Source: Candidatus Saccharimonadota bacterium
GTDB lineage: Bacteria; Patescibacteriota; Saccharimonadia; Saccharimonadales; Saccharimonadaceae
Direction of reading: 5' to 3'
Length of the DNA stretch: 32,000 nt
Assembly (NCBI GenBank): GCA_023898645.1
Contig: CP060232.1
Location: 1,080,001-1,112,000 of the forward strand
In this document: positions 25,605-32,000 of the stretch, piece after piece
Numbering within the stretch: position 1 is the stretch's first letter
Layout: the number at the start of each line of letters is the position of its first letter
Notes under the pieces: model-generated
What the model saw: the letters and a program-made list of their open reading frames with translations, nothing else
Databases searched by the model: none
Told to the model about the DNA's origin: nothing
Program-made: the position numbers and the translations under genes

Positions 25605-26072
25605 ATGGCCCGCAAACAAAATACCAATGACGATCTATTGATCGAAGACGAATTGGCCGCCGCATTCCTGAATGACGACGATCTTTCAAGTAACGCCGAT
25701 GATGGCGGTGTCGTCATGCATGATGACGAACAGCTTGAAGACGATTTTCCAGGACAGTTGGCAGTCGATGTATACGAAACCGAGGATAAGCTGGTTGTTA
25801 AAGCCCGCACAGCCGGTGTAAACAAAGATGAGCTAGACGTCAGTATATCTGACGGCATCCTAACAGTCAGCGGTACGCTGAGCAGTGGTGATGACGCCGA
25901 TGTTAATAACTGGCACATTCAAGAATGCTACTGGGGCGAGTTTAGTCGTACACTAGCACTTCCTGTTGCCGTTAAGGAAGATGAAGTAGAGGCCGTCTTA
26001 AAGGATGGTGTTCTAACCATTACATTTAGCAAGGTTAAGCAAGAACACGCTAAGAAAATTCAGGTTCTGTAA
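25605..26072 (+). CDS. Hsp20/alpha-crystallin-family small heat-shock protein
   Basis: The alpha-crystallin domain runs from LAVDVYETEDKLVVKARTAGVNKDELDVSISDGILTVSG to FSRTLALPVAVKEDEVEAVLKDGVLTITFSK. A GGAGG SD lies 8 nt upstream. Confidence 0.9.
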   Translation: MARKQNTNDDLLIEDELAAAFLNDDDLSSNADDGGVVMHDDEQLEDDFPGQLAVDVYETEDKLVVKARTAGVNKDELDVSISDGILTVSGTLSSGDDADVNNWHIQECYWGEFSRTLALPVAVKEDEVEAVLKDGVLTITFSKVKQEHAKKIQVL

Positions 26073-26087
26073 AACTACAGTCCAATC

Positions 26088-26119
26088 AAAAAACTCCGCG
26101 ATAATCCGCGGAGTTTTTT
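26088..26119. terminator. Bidirectional rho-independent terminator between hsp20 and the pilin operon
   Basis: A 13-bp stem, AAAAAACTCCGCG / CGCGGAGTTTTTT, with a 6-nt loop. Confidence 0.8.
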
Positions 26120-26133
26120 GATTAGCAGCTTAA

Positions 26134-26553
26134 TTACTGGCCGCTAGTGAAACTTGAGACAACAAAGTTGACTACAGCGTAGGCGAGAATAGCAACGACC
26201 ACACCGACAATAGCATAAAGAATCGTATTTTTCGCATTCTGCACAGCCGTACTGTCGCCGCCAGATACAACGTAACGAATACCGCCGATAATAAGCATGA
26301 TCACACTAATTGCGCCAATGAGGAACAATAGCACGTTGGTAATGGTACGGAATATACCACCCTGGCCACCTGTACCAAAGAGAGTAGACGCGTCACCCTG
26401 CTGGTCCTTGCCCTGTGCAGCTCCTGCGCCGTCACTTAGTCCTTGGTTGAATGATGCGTGCACGGGAACAGGTTGCGCGAACAGACCAAAGCCCAATACC
26501 AATGCCGGTACGACAAGCGCCGCCGACAGAAGTTGTTTGATTTTACTTTTCAT
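26134..26553 (-). CDS. TrbC/VirB2-like pilin-family protein, paralog P2 (closest paralog of P1)
   Basis: Signal peptide MKSKIKQLLSAALVVPALVLGFGLFAQPVPVHA. The core NVLLFLIGAISVIMLIIGGIRYVVSGGDSTAVQNAKNTILYAIVGVVVAILAYAVVNFV is present. The ORF is open to 26568, but the second ATG has the better AAAGG SD. Confidence 0.8.
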   Translation of the reverse strand: MKSKIKQLLSAALVVPALVLGFGLFAQPVPVHASFNQGLSDGAGAAQGKDQQGDASTLFGTGGQGGIFRTITNVLLFLIGAISVIMLIIGGIRYVVSGGDSTAVQNAKNTILYAIVGVVVAILAYAVVNFVVSSFTSGQ

Positions 26554-26625
26554 GTATGAACCTTTCATTTTGATTACTTTACTACTTTTATACCAGATGA
26601 CGGGAGTTTTGTTAAGTGCTAACCA

Positions 26626-27006
26626 TTAACTTTTAAACGCACCGAGAACGAAGTTGACGATGGCGTACGCTAAGATAGCGACAACTAAACCAATAACCGC
26701 ATACAGCACAACGTCCTTTGCTGATTTCACTGCTTGCGCGTCACCGTTACTCGTCGCGTAACGAATACCACCGATGATAATCATTATGACCGCAACAGCA
26801 CCCAAGAGAAACAGGAGTACGTTCACGACTGTTTTAATTTTATCTTGAAGATCTTGCGTACCTGTCTGAGTACCGCCAACAGACGTAACTCCGCCTTGTA
26901 TGCTATCAATTGGGCTTTGGGCTAAAACAGTTGAAGGCAACAGTGGTGCTGTAGCCAATCCAACTGTTGTCATAATGCCGAGAAGTAGTGTACGTAGTTT
27001 ATTCAT
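26626..27006 (-). CDS. TrbC/VirB2-like pilin-family protein, paralog P3
   Basis: Signal peptide plus core NVLLFLLGAVAVIMIIIGGIRYATSNGDAQAVKSAKDVVLYAVIGLVVAILAYAIVNFV. A TAGGAG SD is present. Confidence 0.8.
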   Translation of the reverse strand: MNKLRTLLLGIMTTVGLATAPLLPSTVLAQSPIDSIQGGVTSVGGTQTGTQDLQDKIKTVVNVLLFLLGAVAVIMIIIGGIRYATSNGDAQAVKSAKDVVLYAVIGLVVAILAYAIVNFVLGAFKS

Positions 27007-27019
27007 ATGGTTTCTCCTA

Positions 27020-27436
27020 TTAGTTTCCTTTCAGTCGTGCCAGTACGAAGTTGACAATTGCATACGCCATGATTGCAACGACGAGGCCTATAACAGCATA
27101 CAACACGGTGTCTTTGGCAGATTTAATCTGTTGTGAATCACCATTACTTGTGGTGTATCTGATACCCCCTATGATAATCATGATCACAGCAACTATACCT
27201 AGCACGAATAAAATCATGTTGATAATGTTTGTCATAATAGAGGTGAAGCTGTCGCCAGTTGCGCCACAAATCTGACTCTGGCCAGCGCTAGAGGAGGCTC
27301 CGCCACCGGTAGTAGCACCACCAGCACCGCCACCAGGGCAATTCTGAAACACATTAATAGCCATAGCTGGCACTGGCATAAAACTAGTAAAAATAAGACT
27401 GAGACTAATGAGTAATGGTGATAGATATTTTTTCAT
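27020..27436 (-). CDS. TrbC/VirB2-like pilin-family protein, paralog P4 (Gly-rich loop bounded by 2 Cys)
   Basis: Signal peptide, NCPGGGAGGATTGGGASSSAGQSQIC, then core NMILFVLGIVAVIMIIIGGIRYTTSNGDSQQIKSAKDTVLYAVIGLVVAIMAYAIVNFV. The SD is AAGGAGGA. Confidence 0.82.
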   Translation of the reverse strand: MKKYLSPLLISLSLIFTSFMPVPAMAINVFQNCPGGGAGGATTGGGASSSAGQSQICGATGDSFTSIMTNIINMILFVLGIVAVIMIIIGGIRYTTSNGDSQQIKSAKDTVLYAVIGLVVAIMAYAIVNFVLARLKGN

Positions 27437-27446
27437 ACGTCCTCCT

Positions 27447-27743
27447 TTATTTTGCGACTTGCTGCAATATGAATTGTGTTATACCGGCCGCCATGATGAC
27501 CACAATTAAACCAACGACAGCATAGGTGATAGTGTTCTTTGCTGCCTGGATCTGACTACTGTCACCGTTGGCACCTACATAGCGAACACCTCCGATGATA
27601 ATAGCAAGTACCGCAACAATGCCTGCAATGAAATAAACGACGCCCAGTAAGTTACCAACCGTAGTACCTGTAATACTAGTAGGGGCACCCTGAAGGTTCA
27701 AATCTTCTTTTGAAATCTTAATTGTGTTGTTTGAAGTTGCCAT
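27447..27743 (-). CDS. TrbC/VirB2-like pilin-family protein, paralog P5 (no N-terminal signal peptide)
   Basis: 98 aa with a hydrophilic N-terminus (MATSNNTIKISKEDLNLQGAP). The core is GVVYFIAGIVAVLAIIIGGVRYVGANGDSSQIQAAKNTITYAVVGLIVVIMAAGITQF. Its start overlaps the P6 stop (TAATG). Confidence 0.75.
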   Translation of the reverse strand: MATSNNTIKISKEDLNLQGAPTSITGTTVGNLLGVVYFIAGIVAVLAIIIGGVRYVGANGDSSQIQAAKNTITYAVVGLIVVIMAAGITQFILQQVAK

Positions 27744-28210
27744 TATTTGATACTCCCAGCAATAAATTGAACAATGGCAATCGCCATAATTGAAATAACC
27801 AGACCAATGATAGCATTTTGGATGGTTTTGCGAGCAGCAACAGTGCCGCTACTGTTGTCACCCTGTGTCATATATTTAAACCCTCCCCATATAATGAATA
27901 TGAGTGATGCGTAACCAACGACGTAAAGTAACATATCTACAATGTTCATGGCGATAATCGTCAGCCATGTGCCAAACCTTTTACCAGTGTCGCCACTACC
28001 AACCTCATTGGGTGATTTTATACTTCCGTCACTTTTACATAGTCCATCGTACCAATGGGGGAAAATAGTGATACTTCCGCCACACGGATTAGAGCCGCCC
28101 GCAGAACTTGCGACGGTAGGCGCCGCATTAACGTATGACACCGGTAGTAGAGTAAATGCCGCAAGACTTATGAAAGTAATAGCAATTTTATATCTTATAT
28201 TTCGTAACAT
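27743..28210 (-). CDS. TrbC/VirB2-like pilin-family protein, divergent paralog P6 (2 Cys)
   Basis: Signal peptide, PCGGSITIFPHWYDGLC, then core DMLLYVVGYASLIFIIWGGFKYMTQGDNSSGTVAARKTIQNAIIGLVISIMAIAIVQF. Confidence 0.7.
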   Translation of the reverse strand: MLRNIRYKIAITFISLAAFTLLPVSYVNAAPTVASSAGGSNPCGGSITIFPHWYDGLCKSDGSIKSPNEVGSGDTGKRFGTWLTIIAMNIVDMLLYVVGYASLIFIIWGGFKYMTQGDNSSGTVAARKTIQNAIIGLVISIMAIAIVQFIAGSIK

Positions 28211-28217
28211 GTCGCAT

Positions 28218-28586
28218 CTATCCTATCACGCCACCAGGTACCAGCCAATTGATAATTGCAATGGTAAAACCATAAAGTAACAGACCAATGACAATATTTC
28301 GAATGATTGTTTTTGACTGATCTAGCTGGGATTGATTGTCGCGAGCAGACGCATAGAGAATTGCAGCATACGCCAAACCGCCAGTCGCCACCACTCCGAT
28401 GAGTATAGTTAGTACGTTTGTCGCTATTTTTATCAAAGCACCAATTGTACCTATACCAGTTTTATCGCTACAGGAAATCAATTGAGTTTTAGTAGTACCA
28501 CATGAACCTGCAGCGTATACAGGTGCAGCACTAACACCAAGCAGGACGGCAAAAAGCGCAATGGTGATTTTTATTTTTTTCATCAT
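28218..28586 (-). CDS. Pilin-like two-helix protein, subfamily B, paralog P7 (2 Cys)
   Basis: Signal peptide MMKKIKITIALFAVLLGVSAAPVYA, SCGTTKTQLISC, then NVLTILIGVVATGGLAYAAILYASARDNQSQLDQSKTIIRNIVIGLLLYGFTIAIINWLVPGGVIG. Confidence 0.7.
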   Translation of the reverse strand: MMKKIKITIALFAVLLGVSAAPVYAAGSCGTTKTQLISCSDKTGIGTIGALIKIATNVLTILIGVVATGGLAYAAILYASARDNQSQLDQSKTIIRNIVIGLLLYGFTIAIINWLVPGGVIG

Positions 28587-28595
28587 ATCTTGGCG

Positions 28596-29771
28596 CTATT
28601 TTATCACGCCTCCGGGTACTAGCCAATTGATGATAGCAATCATAAATCCATACACAAATAAACCTATCACGATATCGCGAATCCGCTTCCGTGCGTTTGA
28701 TACGGCTCCTTGGTCGTCTTGAGCCTGTGCGTACTGAATTGACTCCCACACTATACCGCCGACAGCCCCTATACCAACCAGTATCGAAAGTGCCTGCACG
28801 ACATACTGAAGCACCGTACTAAGTACCTCTCCGCCCCTAGCATTTGTGTCGCAGTTTATAAGATTAGTCTTTGCTTGGCCACATCCGCCTTTAACCGTAG
28901 AGGTTGTCGTACCTGGACCGCCAGCATCATTAACACTTGAACCGTCTGGGCAATTACCGTTTGCATCCGCCGTGCTGCCATCCTTACACTTAGGAGGCGT
29001 GGGTGGCGGCGGCAATGTACACTTATTATTTACCCATGTACCTCCGGCAGCAGAGCATTCATTTGGCGACTTCGCCTTCGTTGCCATACATTGCTGCAGT
29101 GTATCGTTGGTAATTTTTGTTCCCGTACCACCATTCTGGTCATAACACTCATTAATCGAGTTATCGATGTTTGTCTCGCACTGCTTTATCTGATTAACAT
29201 CACTAAGATTAGCGTTGTTACAGGCGCTCGCCACATAGCTATCTATGCGATCCTGTTTAGTCTTCGAGTTCGTATTGTAGTCTTGGCCCCCGACCGCTGC
29301 GTTACGCTGGTCAATGGCGTTGTCTATGCCACACCCAGACCCCAAGGTAACTAGCCACAAATCCGTTGGCCCTGAACCATCCGCACCAACATTACCGTTA
29401 TTACACGTTGTTGCAAACGCTAAAACATCTTTGTCATTACACGCGGTAGTGTCTATTTCATTGGTATAACAAGATACAAGTGCGTTCGAACAGTTACCCT
29501 CTTCAGTACCTGGTACATAAGAAATGGAGCTAAGGCCACCTATCTGTGCCGTGTTTGCACACTGCCTAACCGCAGCAAGACAGTCACTAGCCTTTATGTA
29601 TTGCGATACCGACTTGCAGTTACCGCTTACACATGTACCATCATCCTTTGAGCCAGAGCAAGACGCCTGCGCTGCGTCCTCATACACAAATGAAAAAGAA
29701 AATGATGCGGCGATTATACTGACAATTACGAGTAGTTTTTTCATGAACAATGTTATTCTCTTAATATTCAT
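28596..29771 (-). CDS. Cys-rich extracellular domain fused to a subfamily-B pilin-like C-terminal module (P8)
   Basis: 391 aa with a signal peptide. By my count ~20 Cys lie in the first ~310 aa. A PPPPTPP linker follows. The C-terminal ~95 aa (GCGQAKTNLINC...LSILVGIGAVGGIVWESIQYAQAQDDQGAVSNARKRIRDIVIGLFVYGFMIAIINWLVPGGVIK) are collinear with the whole mature part of P7. Confidence 0.75.
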   Translation of the reverse strand: MNIKRITLFMKKLLVIVSIIAASFSFSFVYEDAAQASCSGSKDDGTCVSGNCKSVSQYIKASDCLAAVRQCANTAQIGGLSSISYVPGTEEGNCSNALVSCYTNEIDTTACNDKDVLAFATTCNNGNVGADGSGPTDLWLVTLGSGCGIDNAIDQRNAAVGGQDYNTNSKTKQDRIDSYVASACNNANLSDVNQIKQCETNIDNSINECYDQNGGTGTKITNDTLQQCMATKAKSPNECSAAGGTWVNNKCTLPPPPTPPKCKDGSTADANGNCPDGSSVNDAGGPGTTTSTVKGGCGQAKTNLINCDTNARGGEVLSTVLQYVVQALSILVGIGAVGGIVWESIQYAQAQDDQGAVSNARKRIRDIVIGLFVYGFMIAIINWLVPGGVIK

Positions 29772-29865
29772 CCGTCACGCAGACTAAAATAGTTTATTCT
29801 TAAGATACATGTCTCTATAAAATTACACAAGCGAAATGAATTGAGATACCCTGATCATTTTGCAC

Positions 29866-30834
29866 CTATTCAGACGGTGCTTTAATAGAGAGTGTGTCGG
29901 GATAGGTGATTATCATTGTTGTAGTTGCGGGCACGCGGTCTTTATTGTCACTAATATTTTGAAGCTTCGTTATCTTACCAGATGTCTTATTAATCCAAAA
30001 CTTCACTTTCACAACACCAGATTGTTGATTGGCAGTCGCGTAGGATACGGTGCGACCAAGCAACTTATCTACCTGTAAACTGGCTGTCTTTAATCCGTTC
30101 TGATTCAGAATAATCGTATAAATATCTGTGTCGTTGCCTGAATTAACGCCATCAATTGTATAAACGTTATTTTCCTTCACGATGTCCAATAGGCTTTGAA
30201 CTCCGTCACCAAAATTGCCAGCAAATACATATCTTGGTATCGTGCTAGCAGTAAATCTTAGACCAAATGGGTCATATGCCGACACGTCCGCTTTTTTGCT
30301 CAGATCGCTTAGATGTTTCCATACACCCGTTTGGACTAAGCCGTTTGGAGCCATAGTGCCAGACACATTGTCAATCTGAGAAAACTTCGCGTAAAAATCT
30401 CCTGAATCTAAAGCGATTAATGACCCCGCAACTCTACCTTTATTAAGCCCATACGCATCGCTATCTTTAGATACGGAGACACTGTAATTAACGTCCACCC
30501 TAGGCGCACTCTTCATGGAGAAGTCTGATGTCGTCGTCATGTCTATCTTCAATGATTCACTACTGGCGGTTCCGTCTGCAACGATTTTGATATATTTTTC
30601 GTTCGCAAACTGTCTAATTGCTTGATAAAACTCTCTCTCCGGGACGCCTTGTACCCATACAAATACCGCCGCGCCAAGACCACCAACCAATAGAATTATG
30701 AGTGTGACTGTAAATATAAGCTTCAACTTTTTATTAGATTTCGACCGCTGGCCCGTTGCGGGATCAAGGTGTAAGTAATCAGGAACTTGATAGGGCATAC
30801 CGTTTTGATTTGAGTTTTGTTGATTTGGTTGCAT
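29866..30834 (-). CDS. Bitopic membrane protein (short Q/N-rich cytoplasmic tail, one TM, ~250-aa extracellular domain); first gene of the pilin operon; possible VirB8-like accessory
   Basis: The TM segment is LIFTVTLIILLVGGLGAAVFVWV. The VirB8 analogy rests only on topology and size. TGATATAAT lies 10 nt upstream of the ATG. Confidence 0.6.
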   Translation of the reverse strand: MQPNQQNSNQNGMPYQVPDYLHLDPATGQRSKSNKKLKLIFTVTLIILLVGGLGAAVFVWVQGVPEREFYQAIRQFANEKYIKIVADGTASSESLKIDMTTTSDFSMKSAPRVDVNYSVSVSKDSDAYGLNKGRVAGSLIALDSGDFYAKFSQIDNVSGTMAPNGLVQTGVWKHLSDLSKKADVSAYDPFGLRFTASTIPRYVFAGNFGDGVQSLLDIVKENNVYTIDGVNSGNDTDIYTIILNQNGLKTASLQVDKLLGRTVSYATANQQSGVVKVKFWINKTSGKITKLQNISDNKDRVPATTTMIITYPDTLSIKAPSE

Positions 30835-30915
30835 TGATAAACTAATTATATCACTTACGCTTATCTCTTGTTTTCATTGACACCATAACCAGTATGGCAG
30901 ATACTATAAGGGTAT

Positions 30916-32000
30916 ATGATGCAGCGCTTGTCGAACCAACTGTTTGGCGGATCGCGCACACTTCTTCGGCGTGGGGCGTTATTCATGTTTGCCGGTGTTA
31001 TGGCACTAGTCGTGACAGTATCGCCACTTGCAACACGTCCAGCATCAGCTCTTAGTTTTAGTCTGACCGGCAACAGTTGCGCCATCGAAACTGTAGGGTG
31101 GGTTGTTTGCCCCACGATGCGCTCTATTGCGCGCCTAGCTGACTATGGTTTTTCCTATATAAATCAAAGTTCTCTCGCTATAAACTATAAAATTTTCGAT
31201 AATTCGAGCAAAACCTTCAAGGCATGGGAAATCATGCGCAACATCGCCAACGGCATGTTTGTTGTAGTCTTTTTATACATTATATATGGCTACCTTATAG
31301 GTCGAACCGGCGGAAACTACACCATCAAGCGGCTACTACCACGCCTCGTAATCACAGCCATCGTCGTCAACACTTCGTATTTCCTAGGGGTTATTCTAGT
31401 TGATATATCAAATATTATCGGTGATTCCATATGGAGTATATTGAAAAATATTTACGGCAACGGCAGTCCTGTCATGCCAATTGGCGGAAGCGCCAATCCA
31501 CTTAGTGATGGCAATTTGACCAAAATGGCCGCGGCTGCCATGGGCAACACAGGAATGGTATGGGTACTAATGCCTCTAATTGCTGCCGTCACTATTACTG
31601 TCGCTATCATCAGCGCCGCCATGGTGATACTTGTCATCATGCGCGAAGCACTTGTTGCCGCACTTATTTTTGCGTCACCGTTATTAATAGTCCTTTATAT
31701 ATTGCCCAATGTTGAGCGTTTTTCCGGACAAGCAATACGACTATTCCTACAGCTCTTGTTGCTGTACCCAATTATTGCGCTACTGTTAGGAACTGGTCAA
31801 ATTGTCAGCCTGGCGGCCGGTAGCTGGAGTAATACATCTGCATTTTACGGCGGTGGAACTATGAGTATTGTGCCCGACCTTGTTGCTGCGGCAGCAGCCG
31901 TAGTACCCTTACTAGCCGTATGGTTCGTCTTTAAGAATATGTCGTCCATCATGAACGCTGCCGGTACACGATTAACTGCAAGCATTTCCGGTCGACGAGG
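30916..32000 (+). CDS. Polytopic membrane protein, VirB6/TrbL-like; 3'-truncated by the window edge
   Basis: This ORF is absent from the supplied track because it has no in-window stop. I translated it by hand, and the frame is open from ATG 30916 to 32000 (361 codons). It has a signal/TM segment (ALFMFAGVMALVVTVSPLATRPASA), the stretch FKAWEIMRNIANGMFVVVFLYIIYGYLIG, and at least 5 further hydrophobic helices. It is divergent from the pilin operon. Confidence 0.65.
   Translation, partial: MMQRLSNQLFGGSRTLLRRGALFMFAGVMALVVTVSPLATRPASALSFSLTGNSCAIETVGWVVCPTMRSIARLADYGFSYINQSSLAINYKIFDNSSKTFKAWEIMRNIANGMFVVVFLYIIYGYLIGRTGGNYTIKRLLPRLVITAIVVNTSYFLGVILVDISNIIGDSIWSILKNIYGNGSPVMPIGGSANPLSDGNLTKMAAAAMGNTGMVWVLMPLIAAVTITVAIISAAMVILVIMREALVAALIFASPLLIVLYILPNVERFSGQAIRLFLQLLLLYPIIALLLGTGQIVSLAAGSWSNTSAFYGGGTMSIVPDLVAAAAAVVPLLAVWFVFKNMSSIMNAAGTRLTASISGRR

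Noticed and set aside
25583-25918. 111-aa minus-strand Ser-rich ORF
   Set aside because: It is antisense to the hsp20 gene, and its composition is low-complexity.
28531-28749. 72-aa minus-strand ORF bridging P7 and P8
   Set aside because: It is an out-of-frame overlap of two pilin-family genes. Its Arg-rich translation has no start signals.
30861-31640. Minus-strand ORFs 30861-31115 and 31452-31640
   Set aside because: They are antisense to the long open frame of the VirB6/TrbL-like gene, which runs from 30916 to the window end.

Overview
The window looks like a streamlined, Gram-positive-type genome, probably a Patescibacteria/CPR bacterium resembling Saccharibacteria. That placement is inferred from gene content only. 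Positions 1-19.4 kb are mostly housekeeping: groES-groEL behind a textbook CIRCE operator, a truncated MurE-type ligase flanked by two FemAB-family peptide-bridge transferases, tsaD, valS, rlmH and a HIT hydrolase. This stretch also carries surface proteins, including an LPXTG-anchored protein and a proline-repeat membrane protein. Positions 19.4-24.8 kb are a tRNA-rich accessory zone with Ser-CGA, Arg-GCG, Ser-GCT and Ser-TGA. It holds duplicated tRNA 3'-end fragments, a decayed tRNA-Arg-like copy and a recurring junction motif. It also holds a 2.55 kb four-gene segment without an integrase (DUF2568-like, SRPBCC, TMEM175-like, CPBP protease), bracketed by 44-bp perfect direct repeats that include the 3' end of tRNA-Ser(GCT). 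Positions 24.1-32.0 kb carry the most unusual system. Eight paralogous TrbC/VirB2-like pilin genes are present, seven in one tightly packed minus-strand operon and one inverted copy. One of them is fused to a ~290-aa cysteine-rich extracellular domain. A bitopic membrane protein and a divergently transcribed VirB6/TrbL-like polytopic membrane protein complete the locus, and comF and hsp20 sit between the inverted pilin copies. At least ten genes across the window have a -10 box 6-7 nt upstream of the start codon, which implies leaderless mRNAs. All function calls come from reading motifs by eye; no database searches were run.
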